A DNA stretch of 64,000 bases. Origin: the human T2T-CHM13v2.0 reference genome, Homo sapiens. The translations under genes were made by a program, and so were the position numbers. Each line of letters begins with the position of its first letter. Within the stretch, counting starts at the first letter, position 1. Shown in pieces: positions 1 through 13,479 of this stretch. The notes beneath the pieces are model-generated. The model saw only the letters and a program-made list of their open reading frames with translations, was not told the origin of the DNA and did no database searches. The stretch lies in assembly GCF_009914755.1 (NCBI RefSeq), contig NC_060935.1; one strand, written 5' to 3'.

Positions 1-51
1 GAGAATAGAATGCTATGTTCAAAATGCTGAAAGAAAAATACTGCTAACCAA

Positions 52-150
52 GAAACCACCCTCATAATTCAATCGCCTCTCACTAGGTCCCACCTCCAAC
101 ACTGGAGATTACAATTCGACATGAGATTTGGGTGGGGACACAAATCCAAA
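52..150 (-). mobile_element. MaLR LTR fragment (MST-like) within the L1
   Basis: CCCACCTCCAACACTGGAGATTACAATTCGACATGAGATTTGGGTGGGGACACAAATCCAAA resembles an MST LTR terminus. Confidence 0.7.
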
Positions 151-529
151 AAAGGAGGAAAGGATATACAAAACAACTAGGAAACAGTTAACAAAATGGC
201 AGGAATAAGTTCTCATCTGTCAGTAATAACTTTTAATGTAAACAAATTAAATTTCCACTTAAAAGATGTAGACTGGCTGATAAGATTTTTTAATCACCCA
301 ACTATGGGCTTCCTACAAGAAACTCACTTCACCTATACAATAAATATAGACTGAAAGTGGAGAGATAGAAAAAGATATTTCATGCAAATTGAAACCAAAG
401 GTGGACGGGAGTAACTATACTTATGTCAGATTAAACAGATTTTAAGTCATAAATATTATAGTAAAAAGAGACAGAGAAGGTCATTATATGATGACAAAGG
501 GATCAATTCAGCAAGCAAATATAACAATT

Positions 530-530
530 A

Positions 531-563
<33 letters not shown>
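530..563. repeat. (TG)n(TA)n compound microsatellite
   Basis: Directly visible. Confidence 0.95.
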
Positions 564-1896
564 GCACTCAACACTGTAGCACCCAGATATATAAAGTAAT
601 TATTATTAGGTTGAAAGGGAGGGATACACACCAATACAATAATAGGCAGAGACGCCAACGCCCAACTCTCAGCATTAGGCAGATTATCTAGACAGAAAGT
701 CAACAAAGAAAAATTGAGTTCAAATGCACTTTAGACTAAATTGAAATAACACAAAACATTTTATCCGACAGCTGTAGAATATACATTCATCTCATCAGCA
801 CAAAGAACATTGTCCAAAATAGAATATGTATTGGGCAACAAAACAAATCTCAACAAATTTTTTAAATCTTCTCAGATCACAGTAGAATAAAACTAAAACT
901 TTGGAAACTGTACAAATAAATGGAAATTAAACAAGCTCCTAAATGATCATTGAGTTAATGAAGAAATTGAGAATAAAATTTTTAAAATTATTGAAACAAA
1001 TAAAAATGAAAACACAATATACCAAAAACTATGGAATACAGCAAAAGCAGTGCTAGGAGAAAAGTTTATAGCAGTAAATGCCTATATCAAAAAAGTAGAA
1101 AGATTTCATGTAAACAACCTAATAATGCACCTCAAGAAATTAGAGTAGCAAAAACATGCAAAATCCAAAATTTGTAAAAGAAAACAATAAAAATCAGAAT
1201 AGAACTTTAAAAAGCCTCAAAAAGACAAAAAATAAAGTGAAAATTTGATTTTTTGAAAAGATAAACAAATTGATAAACCTCTAGCTAGACTAATCAAAAG
1301 AAAAAGAGAGAAGATGCAAATAAAATCAGAAACAAAAAAGAAGATATTACAACTGATACCATAGAAATACAAAATATTATCAGTGACTATTGGGAACTAT
1401 ATACTAACAAACTAGAAAACCTAGAGGAAATGGACAAATTCCTGGACATATACAACCTAATGAGATTGAACAAGGAAGAAATAGAAAACCTGAAAATACC
1501 ACTAGTGAGTAATGAGATTGAATCAGTAATAAAAAGCCTGCCAACAAAAAAAAGCACAGGGACACAAAGTTTTACTGCCTTATACTACCAAATTTGTAAA
1601 GAAGAAATAACACCAATTCTTCTAAAACTACTCCAAAAAATTAAAGAGGAGGGAATTATTCCTAACTCATTCCTCAAGGCTACTACTACCTTGACACCAA
1701 AAACAACAACACGACAGAAAAAAAAAAACTACAAGCCAATATTCTTGATGAACATAGATATAAAAATCCTCTGCAAAATACTAGCAAATCAAATCCACCA
1801 ACCCATCAAAAAGATAATACATCATAACCAAGTGGGATTTATCCCAGGAATGCAAAAATGGTTCAACGCATGCAAATCAATAAATGTGATACATCA

Positions 1897-2190
1897 TGTA
1901 TTAGTCCGTTTTCTCATGCTGCTGATAAAGACTTATCTGAAACTGGGCAATTTACAAAAGAAATAGGTTTAATTGGACTTACAGTTCCACATGGCTGGGG
2001 AAGCCTCACAATCATGGCAGAAGACAAGAAGGAGCAACTTACATCTTGCATGGGTGGTGGCAGGAAAAGAGAGGAGCTTGTGCAGGGAAACTCTAGTTTT
2101 TTTAAACCATCAGATCTTATGAGATTCATTCACTATCATGAGAATTATGGGTGCAGGAAAGACCCACCCCCATAATTAAATTGCCTCCCA
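1897..2190 (-). mobile_element. THE1-family MaLR LTR, truncated
   Basis: Begins TGTATTAGTCCGTTTTC..ATGCTGCTGATAAAGAC; contains CCTCACAATCATGGCAGAAG and AAACCATCAGATCTTATGAGA..CACTATCATGAGAA. Confidence 0.9.
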
Positions 2191-2779
2191 ATTGTCTTTC
2201 CAATTTAAAAAGACAATATGTCAGGCAACAGCATAACTAAGATACTAAACCTGACTTCTAAACTTAAAATTCAAGTTCTCATTAAGCCAAAAGTGAATGT
2301 CAGAAGGCTTTTTCTCAAAAGCATTTAGGCACAGTATTCAATTCGTCAGTCACTCTGTGAATTCAAGTAAAAATGAGACCTTGATCCCTCTCTTGGCTCT
2401 ATCCACAGGCAAACCAGCATTTACTTTTCCAGGGATAAGCATAGGTTTAAGGAAAGTCTCTCAACCTCTTTCTTAAATAGGACACAGTCTTAATTCTATT
2501 ATAAGCATCCTGGTAAATGTAAGAGCTCTAGTGACTTTTTCAGAAAATGTATCAAGGTTTATTTTTTCCAAGAGTATTGACTCAGGTATCTCTCCTCCCC
2601 CACCACATACTAACAACAGCATCTCTTGACAGACCACAAGAATTCTGCATAAACTCAAAAGCTAAGCAGAAAATACATTGTTTCCAATCAAATACCAGGA
2701 TCTTAACATAATCATAGCAGAATGTCAAGGCAGATTTCAAGTATATGTTTGAACAGTCCTAAACTAGGAACTGAATTTC

Positions 2780-3422
<643 letters not shown>

Positions 3423-3842
3423 TTGGAGGTCAAAAGTTAAGAGAAAATTTTAGAATTTCTTTGAGTAAAGAAGACTCACAGAAATCCAGCCTGAGAAAAA
3501 GTTAGATGATGTGTATAGCAGTCCTTCTCAAGTCTGACAGCCTTAAAATAAACATCATTAAGTAGAAAAAGAGTGGCATGGAGAAAGGGAGAAGACAATA
3601 TAGAAAAGAAAAGTAATGGAAATTATGCCTAAGAAAATCCTTTGAGTGTGATCACTAGCACATTGAACTGACCTGATACAGATAGATCAAAAACCTATTA
3701 GGCCTTCGAGGGGGTTTATTGCCAAAGAAACATGAACTTGACTTTTAAAGAAAGTTTTTGCTTTAGAATTTAAAAAATGTATTGATCCTACACAAATTAC
3801 AATTAGAAAGGAGAAACAAGTACTAGTGTTTTACAGAACTAA

Positions 3843-4055
3843 AGGATGATAATAGTCAACAATATATTGTATATTTTCAAATAGCTAGAAGAAAGAATAT
3901 TGAATATACCCAACACAAAGTAATGATAAATGTTTGAGATGATGGATATGCTAATTACCCTGATCTGCTCACTACACGTTGTATGTAACTTCATAAATAT
4001 GTATAATTATTATGTATCAATTTTAAAATGAATAATTAAATAAAAAATTATTTAA
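3843..4055 (+). mobile_element. LINE-1 3' UTR fragment (L1MA-like)
   Basis: CAAATAGCTAGAAG..ATGATAAATGTTTGAGATGATGGATATGCTAATTACCCTGAT followed by an A-rich tail. Confidence 0.8.
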
Positions 4056-4141
4056 AGTACTGATACTAATATTTTATAAGTAGAAAGTAGGTTCAAATGC
4101 AGTGTCACTCCAAAAGAAGTCACATTGTTCGATGCCTGCTT

Positions 4142-4205
4142 CATTTAGGATAATGGGAACATTAATAAAGGCACATTTAGGATAATGGGAACATTAATAA
4201 AGGCA
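4142..4205. repeat. Perfect 32-bp tandem duplication
   Basis: CATTTAGGATAATGGGAACATTAATAAAGGCA x2. Confidence 0.95.
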
Positions 4206-4699
4206 CAAACCCCCAAAGGCAGATGGCATTAAAAAAACAATAAAAAGCAATGATCAGGACATTGAAAACAATGATCAGGAGAGTTCCTCCTAGAGAACGC
4301 AAACAATGTCTAGTCAAGAAACTTGTCCCCCTCTCAGTAAGTAAAAATATTGCAATATCTGCTCCTAAAGCATTCTCGCATTACTATTAAGTTACTGCTA
4401 ACTGAATTCTACACTTCATTTCCAGTTGGAAATCATCTGCTCCGCCATTAATAGAGAGACAGAATATCACTGGTGAAAGAGAAATCACAATGGGATCTGA
4501 TGGAGAAGGCCACACACATCTGTAGGTCTTGGATTTTTTGCTGCATAGCGTAATCAGATGAGAGCTTGGGTGGTCTCCCTTGATAAGGAGGTAAGCCTAT
4601 TGTCTATGTAGGAAAAAGAGAAATGAAAATTTATGATCAAGGCTCTTTTGCAAGCAGCTGGATCTATGTGAGGAGTCTGGCCGATGAAATGATAGAGAA

Positions 4700-4970
4700 A
4701 GTGATGTGTCTCCTAGTTTGGGGCCCTAAAGCTTACAAAATCCTGCATATTCTTTCTCTTTCTGGCTTGCCACCCAGATTCAGAAGCACCAGTGAAGGTC
4801 TCTAAGAGCCCAGAACATGGAGGATCCACATAATAAAAAAAGCATGGGTCCCTAAATGTTGATGTGGAGCAAAGCCCTCATGCATTGGAATGAGGTGTGG
4901 GTGAGAAGTAAATTTTATTGTGTTAGGCCACTGTGCTATCATTGTTACAGTAGCTAACTTTAATTGCATT
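4700..4970 (+). mobile_element. Old MaLR LTR (MLT1-like)
   Basis: TGGGTCCCTAAATG..TGTGGAGCAAAGCCC..GAGAAGTAAATTTTATTGTGTTAGGCCACTG; boundaries approximate. Confidence 0.55.
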
Positions 4971-7699
4971 GACTAATTCAATGCGTGTGGGTTTTTAGTG
5001 TACTCTGCCTTTGATATCTATAATCTGGAGTATGAAAAACTTAGGAAACTACAAAGCTATCCAGTGAAAGATTAAAAATATACCTCAATCCCTAGACTCT
5101 GAAGAAGCAAAAATGGGTTTATGTAGCAAAATGCCTTACTTCTCAATTTTAACTCTGGTCCCTATTGATTAAATGACTATGTATAATTTATCATTTTGCT
5201 CAGTTGCCTCATCTGCAAAAATGGGAATTATAATTCATGGGCTATTTTGACCATAATCTCTCTAAAACTTAGTTTTCCTGTATGTTCAGAGTGCTAATCA
5301 CACGTAAAGAACTCAATAACTAATTTTTGGTTGAATAGGTGCAGAAATGTTGTTATTATATACAGTACTCAGCCAAATGCTGATAGTGTAATATGTTATG
5401 AAACACTAAGGATATTCACTATTCTTATGAATACCTGACTCATGTCAGTGATTTGGTATTGACTTTTAAATGCTGCTGAAGAAAAGAAAATCATGGTATA
5501 AATTGGTATGTCTCTTTTATTTGTTAAATTAATCACTCAAGTCCCTATGTGCCCTATGAGCAGGAAGTACAGGAGTTTTCTAAACGGACTTGTCACGTTC
5601 TCTTTCAAACACCTGAGACTGAGAACTGGCATTCAATACAGTACCGTTATTCCCACAAATAGCCACAAAGGGGCAATGTTGACTTGCCAACTATGAAGAG
5701 TTTGCTTAACTTCAGACGTTGCTGTTTAAGTTCTACAGTTGCAGTCTTGATGCTATAAACTTTCTCTGATGTCTCAGAACTCTCACTGCCTAGAATATAC
5801 ACCAAAGCATAATAAAGTATCAGGATGGCTAGGCACTAAAAAGCTTTCTGTGATAAATGGAAAGTGTAGTATTGTTCCCTCAACAATACTTAGGTGTTTG
5901 TTTTGAGCTTTGGCTACCAACATAGGGTCCCTTCTTTTTCCACCTTAATTCCAGAGGACTTGCTATTCTTTCTTTCCACTGGCCTTGATTTAAGTCAGCT
6001 ATGGTATTGAATAGCAATGTGCAATGATATCAGATCTTCCTGCTCAAGAGGCTGTGTTCCTCACACAAATATGACTAACCTGCAAACCAGGGAGTGAGGG
6101 GAGTGACCTTTGGAAAGCTACTCCTGTCTCTCTTCTCATGTTCTGAATGCACCCTCTTCCAATGCAGTTGGAACATATTCAGGTTGTATCAGCAAAGCAA
6201 ATCTTCATAGACTTCCTCAGTTTTGAAAAACTGACAAAACATTGGTACCCCATCCATTTAAAATGCCTTTAATTTATACTACTTCATTATATCCACTCAA
6301 GACAGTGCTTGAAAACCTTTACAGAGAGGACATGTTTTAACATTTTGCTATGGGAACTTCACAGCAGAGTTGGGTCTGCCCTTCATGGTCTGATTCTTTG
6401 GTTATCTTGCTCCTTTATCATCTGTATGAGGATTTACTTCAAAGCCTATCTAGGACCCTTGAGACCAGTTATTTTACCACTTGCAGTGAGCTTGACAATT
6501 TTGTGAGAAATCTGTGGTCCTCTAAACCTCTATACTTAGAACCAGAGCAGAGAGCCAACTTTTCAAGTATGTGGTTTATCCATTTGTTACGTTTAGGACT
6601 CTACTACTGGGGAACTAGAGATTAAAGATAGACATGATTTTTCAACTCTTCTTTTAGCCAATTCAATATCATAAGTAAGGAAATGTTTACTGAGCCCCTC
6701 AATATGTGAGAGCTGTGCTAGTTACTGTGAGGGGTGATCACTGTTGTCCCACTGCTGTCTTGGTCCCTCCATCCTTTACAAATCCCTACAACAAAGTTGG
6801 TAGTTTCTATCCCTATGTACACCCAGTTTGAGTCAAGCATCTCATAATTGTGTTGGCCATTTGCATTGATCTACAGAAGTCTGGTTCGGGAATTAAGATC
6901 TGAGTTTTGGCCAAATAACATAGACTCCTCTTTGAGTTCATTCTGGGCTTGCTTCCGGGTGAAATCATGGCAGATGCAGGGAAAGCACTCCTGGAAAGAC
7001 GAATGGAGTTGACCAAATGCTTGAAAATATCACCTGATTACAGATGTATTATATTCCTATGAATTATATCCTATTAGATTCCTTTTTAAAAACTCACTTT
7101 TATGATCACGTATAGAAGGCTCTTATGAAAATTAAATATTATTATTCATAGACATTGGTATATTGCAAGTGCTCAAAACACATGAACTTGGATTTTCATT
7201 ATGAGTATTATTTTAGAAAATCACTGGTGAAGTTGGCCTTTATATCATCTAAGGGACAATAGGAAAACAGTGAGAGATAAAACTCTCTTAGCAACTGTGA
7301 AATGGAGAGAAGTTCTATTAGAGAATTCTGTGCTTAAAATATGACAAATACTGAGTTGAACCTGTGGCTCTGGCTTGAGACAATGAGAGCCAAGCCTGAA
7401 GGTACTAAGAGCCCCTTCCTGTAAGCCAATGGGTATAATTTTTCTTTCCTACTGTTGTTGAGTGACTGGAAGAAACTCTCCTCCTAGAGCCCACACCAGC
7501 ATTGGGTTACAGTTACTTTATCTAATCCCCACAATGTGGGGCAGTTGATCTTACTCCTCTTACCAGCTTCATGTCAATTCCTTCATAGCTATGAATGCTG
7601 CCTCTAAACATGATGTCATGTTTCTCCACCCACCTGCACTAGGGGACTTGATTCTGACTCTAATTCCCTGGTAGGAACAGTGCACTGCAGGGTGATGTT

Positions 7700-8410
7700 A
7701 TAGGTGCTCCTCAGTAGTCACAAGCTTTCAGACCCACATAAGATTGGAGCTGCGCCAGTTACTAACACTTATCTCTCAGTCCCAAGCCTGCCGTCCATAC
7801 TGTACTCTGTCATGCTGGCACTGGGAGTCAAACCCTTCTTTGCCAGCTGTCTCTCTCTGAGTTTCTACCTACAGAGAGCAACAGAAACATTAGAAGGTTG
7901 AAACATGGAGAGGGACACTTGCTCTTTCTGTCTGTTCCTGTCTTGTCAGTATTCCTTAGCAGCAACTCTTTATCTTGGAAGTGGAATTGATTCTAGTCTC
8001 CAGATTGGTTGGTTGGTTGATTGGTTTTGGTTTTTGTTTAACTCCCAGCCTTATTGAACTCTCTCAAAAATACCAGCACCATCAAGGTAGTGTCCCATCC
8101 TCAAAGGTTTTAGTCCCAGCTCTGAGGGCCACATCCTCTGAGGTCCTATGGCATAAGTACCAATTAGGGACAGCATCCTTCCTCAGATATCTGAGATCCA
8201 GTTCTATGGGCCACTTCCTAGCCTTTTAGGTTCTAATGACCCAACCTCTTTCCAAGTGGAGGTTTCTTCCCATACATACTGTTTATCTGTTACTTGAACC
8301 TCCTTTTTTTCATCATTGTCTCCAATACCCACTTAAACAATTGTTTACATTAAATTATCTGTAAATAACCAGTGTAAGGTTTTTTTTCACCTAACTGGAA
8401 CCATTATTAT
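7700..8410 (+). mobile_element. Old ERVL-type LTR (LTR33-like)
   Basis: Resembles LTR33-type text, ending ..TTACATTAAATTATCTGTAAATAACCAGTGT..CCTAACTGGAACC; approximate. Confidence 0.4.
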
Positions 8411-9249
8411 CCAGAAACCTGACACTATGACATATCTTTCCACATTCAACTACAGCACTTGGGCAGTCAACAGATCAAGTAAGACTTGATATTCAGTTCA
8501 CTGAATGTGTAGCTTAAACATATAGGGAAAGTGGCCAACACAATGTCCTAGTCAGCTTTCCTGTTTCCTACTCTCTTAGGGTCCCCTCTACCTGTCTGCA
8601 TCCATCCTCACTTTCAAGACTCTCTCTAAGGTGATGAGGCTGTATAGGATAGAATAGAAAGCTGACATTGCTTTATATTGTTATAAAGTTCTTTTCTTCT
8701 TGCCCAGCAGAAGTTTTGTCAAGCAAGACTCTGCCTTCTCTGAGAAGTCCCTTTGGTCTCAAAGAAGTAAGAATAGGCAGAAAATACCTGTCGACATCCA
8801 GAAAGACAAAATACAGGTCAAAGGAAAGCAAAGGCTGGTCTTGAGCTTCAATTGCAATTGATGAGGCATTTCAACTATGTAGAAAGAGCCTAGGTTTTAT
8901 TGTTTTTGCTTCCCACATATGTGATCTTTGGTCATTTCCCTTCCTAAAAGCATCTCTTTTTCTACTATGTGAAATGAAAGTAACAATGCCTGCAGAGATG
9001 TGTTGAAGATTAAATTACTTAAATGTAACTGCCAAGGTTCAAAGCAGCCACTCAATAAATACGAGTTTCTTCCCCTTGCCTACCTCCACCTGAACTAGGC
9101 AAGGAAAGTAAAGGAAGGAATCTGGTTCAGTAATGAAGGGAGCCTCAGTGCATGCAATAAACACTCACTAACTGACATTTCTCTACTTCGCTGCCTAGGT
9201 AAAATCACTGAAGAGGAAGAACAGGAGGTATTAGAAATGCTTTACATAT

Positions 9250-10206
9250 TCACCTCCCTCTCTGCAGTAACTTCTGAATTCCCTGTTTTATCTCTTTGGT
9301 CCGAACCCCATACACAATAGGGTTCAACGCAGGAGGAATAAGGTGATGAAGGACGTTCAGCAGGATCAGGATGTCCATGGGGACCTTCTTTCTGGCCACG
9401 TTTGTCAACACCACAACCAGCAGTATGGTGCTGAAGAAAAGAATGAGGATGAAGTGGGAGCCACATGTGCTCAGGGCCTTCACTGCCGCCCCCTCTGCTT
9501 TGAATCTAAGCACAGCTCTTAGAATGAAGGTGTAAGAGAGGAAGATGAGGAATAAATCTGAGCCCAGCAAGGTCCAACCAGCCACAAATTGGTAGATTCT
9601 GTTAAGGGTGAAATTATCACAGGAGAGCCTGGACACAGACAAGTTGGCACAGATGCAGTTCTCAATGACATTTTCCCCACAGTAATGGAGCAGGGAAGTG
9701 AGGATAGGAATGGGTGCAGTAAGAAGCGCATTCCGCACCACAATGAAGACACTAGCTTTGGCCACAAATTGATTAGTGATGATGGATGGGTACCGCAGTG
9801 GGTGGCAGATGGCCACATAACGGTCATAGGCCATGACCATAAACGTGCAGGACTCCATGGGGAGGAAACTGTTCATGATGAACATCTGGAGGAAGCAGGC
9901 AGGGAAGCTGATCGACCTAAGATCATACCAGAAGATGGCCAGGACCTTGGGGATGACGGTGAGGCAGAGCACGATGTCCAGCAGGGAGAGGAGGCTGAGC
10001 AGGTAGTACAGGGGCTGGTGCAGAGAGGCCTCCAGCTGGATGGTGATCAGGAGGGTGGTGTTAGCTCCCATGGCCAGGAGGAAGAGAAGGCTGAGGGGCA
10101 GGGAGAGCCAGTGCTGCCAACTCTGGAGGTTGGGGAAGCAGATGAGGAGGAATTCAGAGACTGGGACAGTGGAGCTGTTGCTGGGTGACGCCATAGGCTG
10201 AATCAT
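9250..10206 (-). CDS. OR56A1: Olfactory receptor family 56 subfamily A member 1 (class I OR, intact, 318 aa)
   Basis: Uninterrupted 7TM ORF with N-glycosylation site NSS, LHQPLYYLL, MAYDRYVAICHPLRY, KALSTCGSH, PPALNPIVYGVRTKEI; N-terminus MIQPMASPSNSSTVPVSEF recognised. Confidence 0.93.
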   Translation of the reverse strand: MIQPMASPSNSSTVPVSEFLLICFPNLQSWQHWLSLPLSLLFLLAMGANTTLLITIQLEASLHQPLYYLLSLLSLLDIVLCLTVIPKVLAIFWYDLRSISFPACFLQMFIMNSFLPMESCTFMVMAYDRYVAICHPLRYPSIITNQFVAKASVFIVVRNALLTAPIPILTSLLHYCGENVIENCICANLSVSRLSCDNFTLNRIYQFVAGWTLLGSDLFLIFLSYTFILRAVLRFKAEGAAVKALSTCGSHFILILFFSTILLVVVLTNVARKKVPMDILILLNVLHHLIPPALNPIVYGVRTKEIKQGIQKLLQRGR

Positions 10207-11069
10207 GAGCTGAGTAGGCTTCTGATGACTATGTTTATGGGCAGATACAAGAGGTTATTTTTACAAATTGCTTTGAAAAGTATCCCTTTCACTTACTCTT
10301 TAGGAAGCCAATGATAGGTAGTTCACTTTTGCCAAGTAAGGCAAATTTCAGCCAATATTCTAAAGGTAGAATTGTGAGACTTGATAAATAATGGTGTGGT
10401 CTATGAAGAAAAATGAATGAATGAAAAACCTATGAAGTTTAAAAAAAAAAGGGTAGTGACAGGCAGTAACCTCACTATATGTTAAAACATATTACAAACA
10501 CGCAACAAATTAGGCCAGTATGTTACCAGTGTAAGAAAAGCAATGGTAGATGATAAGTTTTTTAATAAATCATTTTGGAGAAAAATAGCTTTAATTAGGT
10601 CTTTGCTTTCTACTATACACCAATATAATTTGAGATGGATATTTTTGTTACATCTCTTACCCAAACTCATGGTATACTAGAAGAAAATAGAATATAAATT
10701 TGATTAAGTCATCCCTTTGCTAAAACTTCAATCTATATGAATATAACTATTCATTTCCCACAACCTGAGCCTGAACATCCTAGTGCTCCTGGAATAAAAC
10801 TAAAAAAAAAAAAGGAAAGAAGAGGCTAGTTTTACTATAAATTTGTGATCATTAACCTTAAATGTGCCTTCAATAAATATTGCACCCTACAAATCTTCCC
10901 TAATCAACTTTCTCCTCTAGAAAAAATTATTTCCCAAATGTCTTCATTTTTTTCAAACCTGAAACTCTACTTCTTTCAGAAGGTGACATCAAATACCACG
11001 TCATGGAGAAAGTAGAAAGTAATCAGTAAAATTTTCCTCAACTTTTCAAAATAAAATCTACAAATCTAA

Positions 11070-11795
11070 AATCATAGTGAGATACATATTACCCTAGTCA
11101 GAATGGCTATTATCAAAAATACAAAAAATAACAGATATTTGCAAGGATGCCAACATGAATAAGGGAACTTTTATATGCAGTTGGTGGGAATGTAAATTAG
11201 TACAGCCTCAAAGGAAAACAGTATGGAAATTCCTGAAAGAGATAAAAATAGAACTACCCTTACATCCAAAAGTCCTACTACTAGGTATCTACCTAAAAGA
11301 AAAGAAAACGATATATCAAAAAGATAATTGTACTGGTATGTTTATCACAGCACTATACACAATAGCAAAGATATGGAATCAACCCAAGAGTTCAACAACA
11401 GATGATAGGATAAAGAAAATATGGCATACACACACAATGGAATACTACTCAGCTATTAAGAAGAATGAAATCATGTCTTTTGCAGCGACGTAGATAGAAC
11501 TGGAGGCCATTATCTTAAATGAAACAAGCCAGACACAAAAAGACAAATATTGCATGTTCTCACTCATAAGTATGTGTTCAAAATGTGTACATATAGATGT
11601 AGAGAGTGAAATGATTGACAATGGAGACTCAGAAGGGTGAGGCGGGTGAGAGGGGGTGGATAATGAGAAATTACTTAATGAGAATAATGTACATCATTCA
11701 GGTGATGGATACCCTAAAAGCCCTGACTTAACTACTATACAATCTATGCATGGAACAAAATTGCACTTTGATCCTATAAATTTATATAAAATTTT
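11070..11795 (+). mobile_element. LINE-1 3' end (ORF2 C-terminus plus 3' UTR, L1MA-like)
   Basis: ORF 11155-11493: [40 protein letters not shown]. Confidence 0.9.
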
Positions 11796-11809
11796 GTAAG
11801 ACTTATAAA

Positions 11810-13470
11810 TAATGTGTATATACTCTCATCCTTTTCTTGTTTCCTTTCATTAAAATAAATAATCTGTCCATCTTCAAGAATTGATCCCATCTCTCCCAGC
11901 TTTGAATTCTGGCTCTTTCTCTAACTCTCCCCTTCCCTTCATGCACAAACCTCTCACAAGCATTTACACTCACTGTCTCCATTCCCTCACCTTACATCCA
12001 TTCCACAACTCACTTCAATTTGGCTTCCATCTCCATTAGTTCCACAAAATAGCTCTCAGAAATCACCTACAGCTTCCCTATTGTTAAATCTTGTTGAAAC
12101 AGTTGATCAAATCCTCTTCCTTGAAACACTCTCTTTGGCCTAATTCATATATCACAGACTTCTAGTTTACCTTGTACCTCCTGGTCACTCCCTCTCATTT
12201 TCTCGAACACATCCATCATCCACTACCTTGACGTCAATTTAAAGCTTCAGTCCTACATTTTCTTCGCTTTTCTTCTTTCCTCTCTGATATTCTGTTTTCC
12301 CTTCTTCCACTTCTTTTATCTTGTCTATGTCATTAGACAATTACCATCTCTATTACTAAATTACTGAATTATGTTTCTTACTTAGACCTCTCCAGAAGCC
12401 TACTTTATGTATCAACCTGGGTTTCCCAAAGATATTCAAAGCTCACCAAGTCCAAAATTTAAAAACCTGGTCTTTTGCCAGCATCTCAGTGACTGGTGTA
12501 AATATTTGTCAGTTTTAGAAGCCAGCGCCCAGAAAATGTCTTGAACATTTATTCTACCCATTGAAAATGATACGAAGTACATGATGAAACCACTAAGACA
12601 TGTCATTTTCCCTTTTAATTAGCCCTGGAATCCATCCACTTCTCCATATCCACTCTCACCATCCAAGTACTATTACCTCGAGTAAAAAGTAAATATTGCC
12701 TCCTAATGCAGTCTAGGTTTCTTTATAAACCATTCTCTACATTGAAATCAAGGAAATGTTTTTAAATATAAATATTACCAGTCATCTGATTAAAATATTT
12801 CAGTGGCTTCTCATTGCTAATATTATAAAAAGGAAATTTTTTACTTGAACTTCATGAGACCATAAGTTCATGAGGGAAGAAACCATGTGTGGTTTTTCTT
12901 TTATCATCACTATATATACAGGGTATAGATAGATTGCTAGGTACACATAGTTAACTGACTACATTATGAAAGGAAGGAAGGAAGGAAAAGGAAGGAGGAA
13001 GGGAGGGAGGGGAGGAAGGAAAGCAGGCAATGCCATATATTATCTACCTCCTTCCTCATTTTCCAGTTCCATCTAACACCCCATCTCCCTTGCTCCCTGA
13101 GCTTCAGCCACACCGTCCTTTCAGATCTTCGAACGTTACATGAGCTTTCTGATCCCACTTCTCTTGGAAGGCTGTGCATCTTATGCTTCTACACAACACT
13201 TACTTTCTCCTCATCCTTTACATCTCAATTCAAATACTCTCTTCTCTGAGAGGTTTGTTCTAACCCCCTTTACACAAGATCAAGTCCTCCTATTTTATGT
13301 TTCTGTAGTACTTTGAACCATCCTCATCATCTGTAGTTATACATTTATATGATAAGTTGCTTACATACTCCTTCCAATGCCCAATTAGACATTTCATGCC
13401 ATGAAAATAACATCAATTAGCCCAGTGCTTGACATGAAATGGCTAAAAATATTTGTAGAGTGAGTTAATT
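11810..13470 (+). mobile_element. Degraded L2 segments
   Basis: Pyrimidine-rich L2-like text (CTTGAAACACTCTCT, CAGTGGCTTCTCATTGC) ending in an L2 3'-like AAATATTTGT..GAGTGAGTTAATT; approximate. Confidence 0.55.
12968..13022. repeat. (GGAA)n-like purine simple repeat
   Basis: Directly visible. Confidence 0.9.
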
Positions 13471-13479
13471 AGACATATG

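Larger units (their letters stand above)
1..1896 (+). mobile_element. Old LINE-1 fragment (end of ORF1 region plus 5' half of ORF2, degraded; L1PB/L1MA-like)
   Basis: A-rich sense strand; ORF 1430-1966 gives L1 ORF2-type text ([46 protein letters not shown]); many stops and frameshifts. Confidence 0.9.

Noticed and set aside
1430-1966. 178-aa ORF as a novel gene
   Set aside because: Decayed L1 ORF2 reading through into a THE1 LTR.
52-2190. MaLR pieces at 52-150 and 1897-2190 as halves of one rearranged LTR
   Set aside because: They overlap in consensus position and look like different subfamilies (MST vs THE1).
9589-10188. 199-aa plus-strand ORF (also 28823-29242, 39825-40157 and 49909-50355)
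   Set aside because: Antisense shadows of GC-rich OR coding sequence.
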